In this document: positions 37,901-50,827 of the stretch, in pieces
How positions within the stretch are numbered: position 1 is the stretch's first letter
Layout of the letters: each line of letters opens with the position of its first letter
Source of the DNA: Mobula hypostoma
Lineage: Eukaryota
DNA length: 64,000 nt
Assembly (NCBI RefSeq): GCF_963921235.1
Contig: NC_086101.1
Span: 16,058,001-16,122,000, forward strand
Direction: 5' to 3'
Translations under genes and position numbers: made by a program
Notes under the pieces: generated by a model
The model's database searches: none
What the model was told of the DNA's origin: nothing
What the model saw: only the letters and a program-made list of their open reading frames with translations

Positions 37901-40637
37901 TGTTGTTACCTTTTGCAGGGCCTGTCATACTTGCCAAATTGTGGGGAAACCTAATGAGACCATCCCAGTATCCCCACTTCAGTTGATACCTGTTTTTGGT
38001 AAACCTTTTTCCAAAGTCATAGTGGATTGTGTTGGCCCATTACCAAAAACTGCAGCTGGCCATCAGTATGGGTTAAGCATTATGTGTGCTGCATCTAGGT
38101 TCCCCGAAGTGATTCCTCTCCGAAATACTAAAGGTAAAACTGTGGTGAGGGTGCTCATCAAGTTTTTTTTACTCTGGTTGGTCTGCCCAAACAGATTCAA
38201 TCTGACCAAGGCTGTAACTTCACCTCAGGGTTGTTCCAGTGGATGGTTGGTGAACTGGGAGTTAAGCAGATCGTATCATCTGCATATCACCCAGAGTCCT
38301 AAGGAGCCTTGGAAAGGTTTCATTCCACTCTTAAGACAATGATTAAAACACACTGTGTGGAAAACGGAAAAGACTAGGATGAAGGTGTGCATTTACTTTT
38401 GTCTGCTGTCAGAGACTCGATTCAAGAATCATTAGGGTTTATCCCGTTTGAACTTGTTTTCGGTCACAGGCCCAGAGGACCTTTAACTTTACTCAGGGAG
38501 AAGTGGTCTAATCAGGAGGTATGTGTAAGCAGACATTGGAATTCAGAGATAGACTTAACAAGGTTTGTGTCCTTGCAAGGCAGGATTTGGAGAACTCTCA
38601 GAGGAAGATGAAGGTCTGGTATGACAGAAAAACTAGAGAACAGATGTATCATGTTGGAGATAATGTTCTGGTTCTGTTCCAACTTTTGATTAACCCACCA
38701 AGCAAAATTTAGTGGACCATACCAGATAATTTAAAAAATTGACTCTTTGAATTATGTTGTTAAGACTCCCGACTGAAGGAAGGCTACTTAAGTGGTACAC
38801 GTTAATATGATAAAGCCTTATTATAACTCGGAGACAGCACCTGTGAGTACTATTATGAAAACAAGTGGAGTCATGGAGACTGGAAACAAGTTACCAGATA
38901 ATTTTAACAAGCTAAGTATAGTCCCAACAAGGCTCAGGAATTCCACTGTTTTGGAAAACATTGACAGTAAAGTCCATCATCTGGAGCCTGAACAGCAAAA
39001 TCAATTGAAGGGATTAATTAGCAAATATGAGGATTTGTTCCCTGATATTCCAAAACAATGCACAGCTGCAGTGCATGATGTAATTTTAGGTCACGTTGAC
39101 CCAATTAAGCAACATCCCTATACAATGAATTTAGAAAAGTGTAAAATGGCTGAACAAGAAATTGGGTACATGCTGACAAACGGTATGATTAGGCTATCTA
39201 CCTCAGACTGGGCATCGCCCTGTGTAATTGTGCCAAAACTGGACATCAGCATAAGATTCTGTTCTGATTACAGGAAAGTTCATGCAGCGACCAAGACAGA
39301 TGCTTATCCTATTCCGAGAGTGGGTGACTGTATTAATAAGGTGGGAAAGGCTAAATACCTTACAATGATTGACCTGTTAAAAGGGTACTGGTGTGTTCCC
39401 TTGACAGAAAGGGCTAGAGAAATCTCTGCATTTGTCACACCATCTGGATTGTATGAGTGTAATGTTTTACCCTTTGGAATGAAAAATGCTGCAGGGATAT
39501 TCCAAAGAATGATTAATTCTATGATTCGAGGTTTATAAAATACAGAGGATTATATTGACGATTTGGTTGTATGGAGTGATACGTGGGAGAAGCATATCTC
39601 CGCAGTAGAGAAGCTGTTTGACTAGCTTTCCAAGGCCAATCTTACTGTTAAACTCTCTAAAATTGAACTTGGCCATGCCACTGTTACTCACCTTGGCTAT
39701 TGTAGTAGGCCGGGGCCAACTGGCTCCTGTGCAGGCCAAGGTACAAGCTATTGCTGAGGTTCCCGTTCCGACGGGCAAGAAAACTTTAAGAAGGTTTTTA
39801 GGAATCGTTGGGTACTACCGTAAGTTTTATAAAAACTTCACGGATATCGCTCTCCCCCTAACAAAACTACTAGGGAAGAGTGAAAGATCTGTATGAAGTG
39901 AGCTTTACCAGGAGGCCTTTGAACGACTAAAAACTATCCTGTGTTATCAACCTGTGCTTAAAGCACCTAATTTTACTCAACCATTTTCGGGAGCTGTACA
40001 TGCTAGTGATGAATCTGCTGGGGCAGTATTGTTACAAAAGGGTGATGATGACATTGAACATCCTGTAGCTTATTTCTCAAAGAAATTTAATGAGCACCAG
40101 AAGAATTATTCCACTGTTGAGAAGGAGTTGCTATCACTCATTTCAGCCTTGCAATATTTTGATGTCTATGTATGTCCTGCGCAGAAACCACTTGTGATTT
40201 ACACTGGCCATAATCCATTAGTGTTTCTGAGTAAGATGAAGGATAAGAATAGAAGGTTACTAAACTGGAGTCTGATCTTGCAAGAATATGACATGGAAAT
40301 AAAACATAAAGGGTACTGACAACACTATAGCCGATTGTTTATGCAGGTGTTAAGTTAAAATTTGTATACGCTTTTGCTATATTACCTGATAATTACACAT
40401 GTATTGCTTCAAGCTTTACAGTCTACAGTTGGACAAAAATTTGCTCCTTGCTCAAAATTTTTCCCAAAAGGTGGGAGGTGTGACAAAATCTTAAGGATTA
40501 TTCATTATGGAGTGTGCCTTTAAAAAGAGAGAGAGAGTGCCACTGATTCAGAGAGAGAGAGAGAGGCACCGAGCAGCTCCTGAGTCACTATGGTGATAGA
40601 AGGGTGGAGCTATATAATGAAAAGCTGGTGTTCAGCA
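34974..40637 (+). mobile_element. Gmr1-like Gypsy (element 3), degenerate, in intron C7-C8 of the receptor
   Basis: 5' LTR 34974-35728, PBS at about 35733-35750, gag from about 35845, CCHC at about 36870, PR (QDTGAFQSLILD), INT 37842-38611, RT 38792-39896, RH 39954-40319, PPT aaaaggtgggagg. 3' LTR starts 40479 and is truncated at a (GT)n run. Confidence 0.9.
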
Positions 40638-40899
40638 TATTTATTTGCGTGTGTGTGTGTGTGCGTGTGTGTGCGTGTGCGTGCGCGATCTCTGCTCTTT
40701 TATTCTGTGCCGAACGCTACTCTCACCTAGTTCCACCGACCTGCACTCAGCCCATAACCCTCCATTCCTTTCCTATCCATATACCTATCCAATTTTTCTT
40801 TAAATGATAAAAACCGAACCTGCCTCCACCACTTCTACTGGAAGTTCGTTCAACACTTACTTCAAGCTCCCCTGATAATTGACTTATCGCTATATTCAT

Positions 40900-41256
40900 G
40901 CGAGGAAAATATGCGCTGTGTGTTTAATATGAAATTCGTTAGATAAACCCTTTTAGAAACGAAATTGAGTGTATTAGCCACTTATCACCTATAACACCTC
41001 CCCCCCCGAACAGAATCACCAAAAACAATTTGTAGTTTAAAAAACATCGGCACGCAAATCACACATGCGCACTGGTGCCCGCGCAAGTCTTCATGGTCAT
41101 TGTAGTCCTTTCAGGGTATACCCAACGTATTTGACAGCTACTCTTGATCGTTGGCAACCCTACCACCACCACCCCCCGACCCCTGGGTCGGCCGGTCCGC
41201 AAGAATATTGTCAATATGAAACCGGTCCGCAGTGCGAAAAGGGTTGGGGACCCCTG
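40900..41256. mobile_element. hAT/Charlie-type non-autonomous DNA transposon end
   Basis: Ends in ggttggggacccctg, the reverse complement of the Charlie-type TIR caggggtccccaacc. No left TIR seen. Confidence 0.55.
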
Positions 41257-41412
41257 CACTAGACTAATATCCAACAAGGAGCAGCCCAGTGGGAATGTGG
41301 GGAGAACAGGTTGCAGGGGATCAAGTGGAAGAATTGGGGCAGACAGATATCAACAGGCTGAATGGTCTCCTATTTGTCAAGGATATGAACTACATACTAT
41401 ATATGTACTTAC

Positions 41413-41462
41413 CTCTCCATCGGAGACCAGCGAGTTGTCTGGTTGACACTGGGTGATCACAT
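41413..41462 (-). CDS. Cytoplasmic exon C7 (50 nt, NVITQCQPDNSLVSDGE)
   Basis: Acceptor cgtattcactctcacag, donor GAG|gtaagt, phase 1-0. Confidence 0.68.
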
Positions 41463-41613
41463 CTGTGAGAGTGAATACGAGAATGTCAGTGAACCTTTGC
41501 CACAGGTGAAAGCAACGGGCAGGAACATGGAGAGCGCAGGCGAGGAGGAGCCAACAGTGCCACAGGACACAATTCGTGATCCTAATTCCTTTTGTTGTCT
41601 CCTTGTGGGTTAC

Positions 41614-41633
41614 TCCTGTGCAGAGATTGGTTT
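41614..41633 (-). CDS. Cytoplasmic micro-exon C6 (20 nt, RNQSLHR)
   Basis: Acceptor atttattcccaatgcag, weaker donor GGA|gtaacc. Phase 2-1 is exactly what bridges C5 to C7. Confidence 0.55.
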
Positions 41634-42439
41634 CTGCATTGGGAATAAATGGTGGATTTCACTGGTTGAAAGTGCCCTCTCGTCCGAAGACAATTCTAAA
41701 CCCTGGTCTGCTTATTAGATTGGTAAGTTGTTTATTATTGCACTGAAGTACAGTCATCATACAAACCATACCATTACGTCAGTGCATCGAGATAGTACAA
41801 GGGAAAAGCACTAACAGAATGCTGAATGTAGTGTTATATTTACAGAGAAAGTGTGGTGCAAGGACATGAGGAGGTGGATTGTGAGGTCAAGACTCCATCT
41901 GATCGTACGAGCAAACAATTCAATACTCTGATAACAGTGGGGTAGAAGCTGTCCTGAATCCTGGTGGTACGTGCTTTCAGACTTTTGTATCTACTGCCTA
42001 ATGGGATGGGGAACGAGCGACAATGACCGGGGTGGATAGGATCTTTGATTATGCTGGCTGCTTTGCCAAGTCAGCGAGAAATACAGAGTGCATGGAGGTG
42101 AGGCCAGTTTCCATGATGTGCCGAGCTGTGCAACTCGATGTGGTCATGGGCACAGCAGTTGCCCTACCAAGCCGTGATACTGCCTTAGGAACTGGAGGTG
42201 TTGGTGAACTTTCCTGGCTGTAGCATCAATGTGGACGAACCAGGACAGGCTGTTGGTAATGCTGACAACTAGGACCCATGGGACAGATGGCCTGCTGAGG
42301 TAAGGAGTGACTGGGGTGTCAGGGAGTTCAGAGGTTGCTACCATTTTTGCATCAGCCACGCTCAAGGGGACTTACTTACCCATGCCATTGTCCATTGAGT
42401 TACTGAATGTCTTCAGGCTGTGAGGAGAAAGAGGGGGAA

Positions 42440-44830
42440 GGAGGTCACTCATTGATAAAGTGCAAGTTGGGGTGGTTGGGGGAATTGTCCTGTTCATGTG
42501 CTGCTTCATAAACCTGTGTCGCTGTGACGAGTACTGGGGCAGGAGATGCCCCAGACAGGAGTAGCCAAGTTTTCAAAGGACAATGGGGTAATGTATCAGG
42601 GCGAAGAGAGGGACCTGGAGTCAGATATGTACACAGGCCCAGTGTAATCCTTGTGCAGCAGCCATGGTTCAGGTGTTTGACGGCCTGACTAACCAAGAAA
42701 CTATCAACCCATGCTTTAAATATACCTAATGAATTGTCCTCTGCAAGCGTCCATGGCAATGAATTCCACAGATTCATCACCCTCTGGCTGAACAAATTTC
42801 TACTCATCTCTGTTCTAAATATACGTCCCTCTATTCTGAGGCTGCGCTCTCTGGTCCTAGATTCCACCACTATGGGAGCAATCCTCTCTGCCTAGGCCTT
42901 TCAATATTCATAGAGCTATAGAGAAGTACAGCACAGAAAATAACCCTTCGGCCATCTAGTCCATGCCTAAAACCATTTAAGCTACCTACTCCCATCAACC
43001 TGCACCAGGACTATAGCCCTCCAGATTCCTATTTCTCTTAACTTTGAAATCGATCTCGTGTGGAGCAATTGCACTGGCAGCTCATTCCATACTCTCATGA
43101 CCCTCTGAGTGAAGAAGTTAAACTTCTTAACTTAAACTTCTCACCTTTCACCCTTAAGCCATGACAAATGGTTGTAATCCCACCCAACCTCAATGGAACA
43201 AAGCCTGATTACAATCATCCTATCGATATCTCTCATAATTCTATAGGTTTCAATGAGATTCCCCTTCATTGTTCTAAGTTCCAGGGAATACTGGCCCAGA
43301 ATCATCAAATGCTCCTCATACCATAAGCTTGTCATTCTGGATCATTCTCTTGAAACTCCTCTGGCATCTATCCAGTGCCAAAACATCTTTTCTTAGATAT
43401 AGGGCCCAATACTCCAAGTGCAGTCTTATAAAGCCTCAGCATCACAACCTTGCTTTTATATTCTAATTCTCTTGAAATGAACGCTAACAGTACATTTGCC
43501 TTCCGTACCACTGACTCAATCTGTAAGTTCACCTTTGGGAATCCTGCACAAGTTGCACCTCTAAATTTTGAATTTTATCCCCATTTAGAAAACAGTCTAT
43601 GCCTTTATTCCTTCTACCAAAGTTCATGACCGTACACTTCTTTACACTATTTTCTACCTGCCACTTTACCCATTCTGTCAGAGCCCCTGCTTCCTCAACA
43701 CTACTTCTCTCTCCATCTATCATTGTATCATCTGCAAATTTGGCAACAACCCTATAAATTCTGCTATTCAAATTGTTAACATATAATGTGAAAAGAAGTG
43801 GTCCTAATGCCGACCCCTGAGGAAAACCACTAGTCACCAACAGTCAACTAGAATTGGTCCCCTTTATTCCAACCTTCCAACCCTCCTGGCAATTTTCTAT
43901 CCATGCTAGTATCTTTCCTGTAATACCGTGGGGTCTTATCTTGTTAATGGCCCTCACGTGCAGCACCCTGTCAAAGGCCTTTTGAAAATCCAAGTAAGCA
44001 ACATCCACCGACTCTGCTTTGTTATTTCCTTAAAGAATTCCAACAAATTTGTCAGGCAATATTTCTCCTTAAGGAATCAATTCTGAATTTAGCCTACTTT
44101 ATCAAGTACCCTGAAACCTCATTATTAATAATGTACTCCAATATTTTCACAACACTGAAGTCAAGCTAACTAGCCTATAAGTTCCTCCTTCTGCCTCCCT
44201 CCTTTCCAGAAGAATGAACTAGCTTACTTTCATATTTCATCTTTTCTCTCCTTATGGATTTTTAGCTGGCTCCTGTTGATTTTTAAAAGCTTCCCAAAGT
44301 TTTGCTATATTATATGCCCTCTCTTTTGCTTTTATGCTTTCTTTGTCAGCCCCGGTTGACTTGTCTTCCCTTTAGCATACTTCTTCATCTTTAGAATGTA
44401 TCTATCTTGATCTTCCCACATTGCCCCCAGGAGCTCCAGCCGTTGCTGCCCTGCTATCATTGCTGATAGTGACTCCTTCCAATCAGCTTTGGCCAGCTGT
44501 ACGCTCATGCCTCGGTAACTCCCTTTAATCCACTGTAATACTTACTCTCCCTCTCAAAATGCAGGGTGAATTTTATCATATTAAAGTCACTGCCTTCCAA
44601 AGCTTCTTTGCTTTAAGGTCCGTTATCAAATTTGGTTCATTGCACAACACCCAATCCAGAATCGCCTGTCCCCCACTGGGTTCCACCACAAGCTGATCTA
44701 AAATGTCATCTTGCAGGCATTCTACGAATTCCCTCTCGGGATCCAGCACCAATCTGATTTTCCCAATCTACCTGCACATGGAATTCTACCACGACTATCA
44801 TAACATTCCCCTTGTTAAATGTCTTTTCTA
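42440..44830 (-). mobile_element. Old, fragmented CR1 LINE pieces
   Basis: Decayed RT and C-terminal motifs (SGFPQGSALGP..KFADD, LWNSLP). Confidence 0.75.
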
Positions 44831-45700
44831 TTTCTTGTTGAAATCTGTATCTCACATCCTAGCTTCTTAGCTTGGTAAAAAATGACACAACAGACTTTTA
44901 AAACCCTATTATCAGTGAGTTGTTTGTTATGTCTCCTCTCTCATTGTGAAACAGGGACACCTTTTTTTCCCTTATTAGGGCAAGAGAGAGCCTGTTGCAT
45001 GCGAATTACCGGGTAAATGAGTAGTCTTTGGAGTACTGCAAATCGTTGTCTTTATTGATAATTTGCTGTATGTTTGACTGCTTGGTGGAGTGCGCCAAAG
45101 CTTTTTTACTGCTGGGGGAGGGGGGAATCGCTGCCTTGCTGCTGCTTGTGCGTGGGAGGGGGAGCTTGGGGGGGGGTCTTTGGGGTCTAATGTTTAACTG
45201 TCATTCATTCTTTGGGGCACTCCTCTGTTTTCGTGGATGTTTGCGAAGAAAAAGAATTTCAGGATGTATATTGTATACATTTCTCTGACATTAAATGTAC
45301 CCATTGAACCTATTGAAATAGTCCTGTATTCATCACCCTTTTTGACTTTGACCCCATGTTAAACTTCAATCCATCCCACTGACTACAATTTTGCTCTATC
45401 ATCTACATAATCTCACTACACAATGCATCAACTTGAATACCAACTACTCCTAGCATGATGTCAGTGCACCAGGCTTCACCGCTTCATCCTGCGGGTCCAG
45501 TCTGCTCACTGGATGGACAACAAACTGCACCATTACCTGATAATGAACTCTCCACAGCAGAGGGTCATTTTGGGATGGCCATACATCTCACTGCTTCCCT
45601 GCTGAATAGAGCACGCAGACAGCAGTGTAACACTGGACCCTGGGTAATGCTCCATTTGTAGCAAGCCAACTAATCTAGCGGTGGCTGGATCCATACTCAC

Positions 45701-45744
45701 CTTTGCATTGGTGTGTAGATCAATTCATCTTCTGGCTGGATCTC
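45701..45744 (-). CDS. Cytoplasmic exon C5 (44 nt, EIQPEDELIYTPMQ), Tyr motif LIYTPM
   Basis: Acceptor cttaattttccttctgtag, donor AAG|gtgagt, phase 0-2. Acidic stretch before YxxM. Confidence 0.78.
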
Positions 45745-45779
45745 CTACAGAAGGAAAATTAAGCCATGTCACAGATCAT

Positions 45780-47270
45780 AAGACCATAAGACATAGGAAT
45801 ATAAGACAATAGACATAGAAGCAGAATTAGGCCATTCAGCCCATCGAGTCTGCTCTGCCATTCCATCCTGGCTGATCCCAGATCCCACTGAACCCCACAC
45901 ACTGCCTTCTCGCCATATCCTTTGATGCCCTGACCAATCAGGAAACGATCAACTTCTGTCTTAAATATACCCATGGACTTGGCCTCTACTGCAGTCTGTG
46001 GCAGAGAATTCCACAGATTCACTACTCTGTGCCTAAAAAAATTCATTACACTGTTCTGAAGGGTCACCCCTCAATTCTGAGGCTGTGCTCTCTAGTTCTG
46101 GATACACCCACCCAAGGAAACATGCTCTCCACTTAAACCCTATTTGGTCTTTCCAACATTTGGTAGATTTCAAAGAGGTCCTCCCACCCCAGCCTGCTTT
46201 TAAATTCCAGTGAGTACAGGCCCAAAGCTGCCAAACTACCTCCTCATATATTAACTCTTTCATCCCTGGAATCATCCTTGTGAATCTCCTCTGGAATATC
46301 TCCAATGACATCACATCCTTTCTGAGGTATGGTGCTCAAAGCTGTTGACATCTTTTGAAAATACTCCAAGTGTGGCCTGACTAGTGTCTTTTAAAGGCTC
46401 AGAATAATCTCCTTGCTTTTATATTCGATTCCCCTTGAAATGAATGCCAACATTGCATTTGACTTCTTTAACACTGACTCGACCTATATTCAAACCTTCT
46501 GGAGTCTTGCACGAGGACCCCTAGGTCCCTCTGCAGCTCTGAGGTTTGAATTTTCTCCCCATTTAGGTAATAGTCTGCACAATTGTTCCTTTTATCAAAA
46601 TGCATTATCATTCATTTCCCAACTCTATATCCCATCTGCCACATTTATGCCCATTCTTCCAATTTGTCAAAGCCCTGCTGCAATCGCATTGCTTCCTCAG
46701 CACTACCTATCCTTTCACCAACTTTTCCACAAAGCCATCAATTCAACTATCTAAATCATTGACAAACAATGTGAAAAGCAGCGGTCCCAATACTGACCAC
46801 TGAAGAACACAAGAAGTCATTGGCAGCCAACGAGAAAAGGCCCCCTTTATTCCCACTCACTGTCCCCTGCCTGTCAGCCATTCCTCTATCCATCCATAAT
46901 CTCTTTCCTTTAATGTCACTGGATTTCATCTTGTTAAGCAGCCTCATGTGTGGCACCTTATCAAACGCCTTCTGAAGATCCAAGTAAATGACACCCACTG
47001 CCTCTCCTTTGTCCACCCTGCTTGTAACTTCCTCAAAGAACTCTAACAGATTTTTCAGGCAAGATTTCCCTTCACAGAAACCATGCTGACTTTGACTTAC
47101 TTTATCATTAACCTCATCCTTAACAATGGACTCCAACAGTTTCCCAACCACTGGGGTTAGGCTAACTAGCCTATTATTTCCTTTCTTTTGCTTTCCTCTC
47201 TTCTTAGAGAGTGGAGTGACATTTGCAATCTTCTAGTCCTCTGTGACCATACCAGAATCAAGTGATTCTT
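45780..47270 (-). mobile_element. Old CR1 LINE fragments
   Basis: ORFs 45759-46067 and 46756-47151 (YLDLQKAFDKVPH). Confidence 0.8.
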
Positions 47271-48789
47271 GAAAGATCACGCCCAGTGCATGTTTGATTC
47301 TATGACATCAAGAGATTTTAAAAATTCCAAAGTCAAGATTATTGTTCGATGCACAAGTACAGTATGTGCATGTACAGGTGCAATGAAAAGCTTACTTGCA
47401 GCAACATCACAGGCATCAGCATCAGGTACACAACATTCACAGAAAAATATGTATTAAACATGAAGCATATACAACATGCAAACATGAGAAAGTCTGCAGA
47501 TGATGGAAATCCAAAGTGACACACACAAAGTGCTGGAGGAACTCAGCAGGTCAGGCAACATCTATGGAAAAGAATAAACTGTCGACGATTCAGACCGAGG
47601 CCCTTCTTCAGGACTCAGAAGGAAGGGGGAAGATACCAGAATCAAAAGGTGGGGCTTGGGCGTAGAGAACGAGTCTAGTTGGAAGGTGTTAGGTGAAGCC
47701 AGGTGGATGGGAAGGGTCAAGGACTGGAGAAGAAAGAAACAGATGGAAGAGAAAAGTGTACCACAGGAGGAAAGGAACCTAGAGGAAAGGAATAGGCAGG
47801 TGAGAAGTGAAAGGTCAGAAAGGGGAATAGAGGAAGTTGGAGGGGGAAATTTGTTTCCTAGAAGGAGCAATCAATATTTATGCCATTAGATTCGAGGGTA
47901 CCCAGACGGAGTATAAGGTGTTACTCCTCCACCCTGAGGTTGGCCTCACCTTGCTCAAGAGGAGGCCATAGATGAACACGTCAGAATAGGAATGAGATAT
48001 TGGAATTAACCTGTTTGGCCACCAGGGAGTCCTGGCTCTTGCAGATGGCGAGGAGGTGTTCGACGAAGCAGTCCACCAATTTACAACGTGTCTCACCAAT
48101 GCAGAGGAGGCCATATCAGGAGCACCAGACACAATAGATGACCCCAGCAGATTCGCACCTGAAGTGTTGAATCACCTGGAAGGACTGTTTGGGGCCCTGA
48201 ATGGAGGTGAGGGAGGAGGTGTAAGGACAGGTGTTGGGTTGGAATGGACTAGAATAGAATAGAATACAACTCTATTGTCGTTGCTCAAGACGAGATTGTG
48301 GTGCTACTCCAGTCTGTGCAGAACAGCTATTTACAATGCATGTGGCATGGCTTAATTAAAAAAAATTTACATGCAACAAGTGACTTTGGTAGTCCATAAC
48401 ACTCAAAGGCCATCGTCGTTATTAGAAGAACCTGTTTTTGTGTTACAGTGCTCGATCGCTCCAATTACTTAACAGAAAACCCAATTAGAACAAATATAAA
48501 GTCCATTGTAGTGTAATGTTGCGCTACTGAGGTAGTGATTAGGGTTCTGCAGGTTGGTTCAAGAACCAAATGTTTAGTGATCAGATATGGAATAATATCC
48601 ATGGATTGTATTAGGAAAGGGGTCTGGGACCTTGTGTGGAGTTAGTGGGATCTCCCTGGGTCAATAGAGGAGGCAGAGGTCACTTTAGGTCAATAGCGTG
48701 ATCAGGAGCTCTCCTGGGTCAATAACATAGTCATACCTTATTGATCCCGGGGGAAACTGGTTTTCATTACAGTAGTACCATAAATAATA

Positions 48790-49160
48790 AATAGTAATAG
48801 AACCATAAATACTTAAATAGTAATATGTAAATTATGCCAGTAAATTATGAAATAAGCCCAGGACCAGCCTATCGGCTCAGGGTGTCTGACCCTCCAAGGG
48901 AGGAGTTGTAAAGTTTCATGGCCACAGGCAGGAATGACTTCCTATGACGCTCTGTGCTGCATCTCGGAGGAATGAGTCTCTGGCTGAATGTACTCCTATG
49001 CCCACCCAGTACATTTTGTAGTGGATGGGAGACATTGACCAAGATGGCATGCAACTTACACAGCATCCTCTTTTCAGACACCACCGTGAGAGAGTCCAGT
49101 TCCATCCCCACATCACTGGCCTTACGAATCAGTTTGTTGATTCTGTTGGTGTCTACTACC
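48790..49160 (-). mobile_element. Rex1/Babar-like LINE 3' end
   Basis: RINKLIRKAS..HPL..TERHRKSFLP C-terminal motif. Confidence 0.75.
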
Positions 49161-49490
49161 CTCATGTCATAATCATATGTATGCACAAAGGCAATAAAAA
49201 ACTGATTTGCAGAAGCATCATAGGCACACAGCATCAGAAACATAACATTAGCAAGAAAAACATCAATGAAACATCAATTATACACAATTTTTGCAAGATA
49301 GAACAGAATTAGACCAAACAAAGTTCATTTATTGATGCAAAATGTTGCCATACTGGGGCAGTGACTGGGGTTGTGCAGATTGGATCAAGAACTGATCTTT
49401 AATCGAGAAGTAGAGAACATGAAACTGGTGACATTTTGTTACAAATCAGTTTTCTTATGAGCACTCCGAGTGAAAGGGACACCATCTTAC

Positions 49491-49520
49491 CGGGCATGGA
49501 GGGGCATTCCCATCTTCAGC
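49491..49520 (-). CDS. Cytoplasmic exon C4 (30 nt, AEDGNAPPCP)
   Basis: Acceptor tcttatttcacaacag, donor CCG|gtaaga, phase 0-0. Confidence 0.72.
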
Positions 49521-50200
49521 CTGTTGTGAAATAAGATATTACAATGAGCATTTCTATTGGTCTACAGGAGCTCGAAAGCCTGGGTGTCCAGACTCAACAT
49601 TTAAGCTGAGACAGGGAAAGATTAAAAGAGGTGGGCAGAGCAAGTTTTTCTTTCCACACCGAGTGATGGCGTTGGGAATGTGCTGCCAGGGTTAGTGGTG
49701 GAGAAGACAGATACAATAGAGATGTTTAAGAGAATCGTAGATACTCACATGACATTGGACAGAATGGAGGGAAGTGAACCATGTACAGGTGGAGGAGATG
49801 AGCATAATTAGACACCATTACTTTAACTAGTCCAGCATTAATTGTGGGCTGAAATCCTGTTCCTGTAGTCTACTGTTTGACATGCTATGTCCTATGTCCT
49901 ATGTTCCTAGAACAGCTTTTTCCTCATTGCGGTCAGAGTTTTGAACGACTCGACTCTTTCATGTCCCTGTCCTGGTGGTGCTGCATTTTCTTGCAAGGAT
50001 TTACAGGAAAGTAAAGAAATACAATAGAATTTATAGACAAACTATGACGAACAAAGGCTGCCAAACAACCAGAGTGCAAAAGAAAATAAATAATATTGAA
50101 TTTGAAAGTTCTTGAAAGCGAGTCTATTGGTTGTGGAGTCAGTTTAGCGCTGAGGTGAGTGAGATTGTTCAACTGTTTCAGGAGCCTGATGGTTGTAGGG

Positions 50201-50280
50201 CAGGGTTTGAAAACTGGGATCCACGGACCCCTTGCCTAATGGTATTGGTCAATGGCATAAAAAAAGATTGGGAACCCGTG
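50201..50280. mobile_element. 80-bp hAT-type MITE
   Basis: Imperfect TIRs cagggttt../..gggaacccgtg. 8-bp TSD ttgtaggg (50193-50200) and ttgtaagg (50281-50288). Confidence 0.7.
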
Positions 50281-50786
50281 TTGTAAGGTAATAACTGTTC
50301 CTGAACTGGCAGCATGGGACCTAAGGGTCTGGTACTTCATGCTTTATGTTAGTAGTGAGAAGACAGCATGGCTTGGATGGTGGGATCCTTGATAATGGAT
50401 GCTCCTTTCTTGTGGCAGTGCTCCTTGTAAATAAGGTGAAGTAGCGACTTTCACAAAAGACAAAAAACAGAGATGAGCACTTGAACCTTTTCTTTGCAAA
50501 ACGAACTAGTTATCCACGTCCTCCCTCATTGCGAGCAATCCCGGCTATGACATCCAGTCTCTCTCGCTCTCCACTGTTATTCTCTCTACCCATCCCCTCC
50601 TCACAGCAATCCAATCTAAGTTATGCTTTCAATTTTGCCCAGTTCTGTTGAAAACCCACTGTTCCGGAACCTTAACTCTGCTTGATTCTCTGCAGATGCT
50701 GTTTAACCTGCTGAATATCCCAGCATTCTCTGATTTTATTTCAGATTTCCAGCATTTCCAGGCTTTTATTTTGCTTTATGACTTAC

Positions 50787-50827
50787 CGTCTCAGGTCCTT
50801 CCTCCAATTGGGGTGAAGGTAAATCAG
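50787..50827 (-). CDS. Cytoplasmic exon C3 (41 nt, ADLPSPQLEEGPET)
   Basis: Acceptor taattaattttacag, donor ACG|gtaagt, phase 1-0, open frame. Confidence 0.75.

Noticed and set aside
41443-41718. Plus-strand ORF containing SEYENV, a Tyr-motif look-alike
   Set aside because: It is antisense to exons C6/C7 and their intron, has no convincing plus-strand acceptor and no partner exons; probably chance.
48390-48467. Possible terminal exon after C4 (ttttctgttaag|TAA)
   Set aside because: AAG acceptor with no nearby poly(A) signal, and a stronger phase-matched exon chain continues at 45744.
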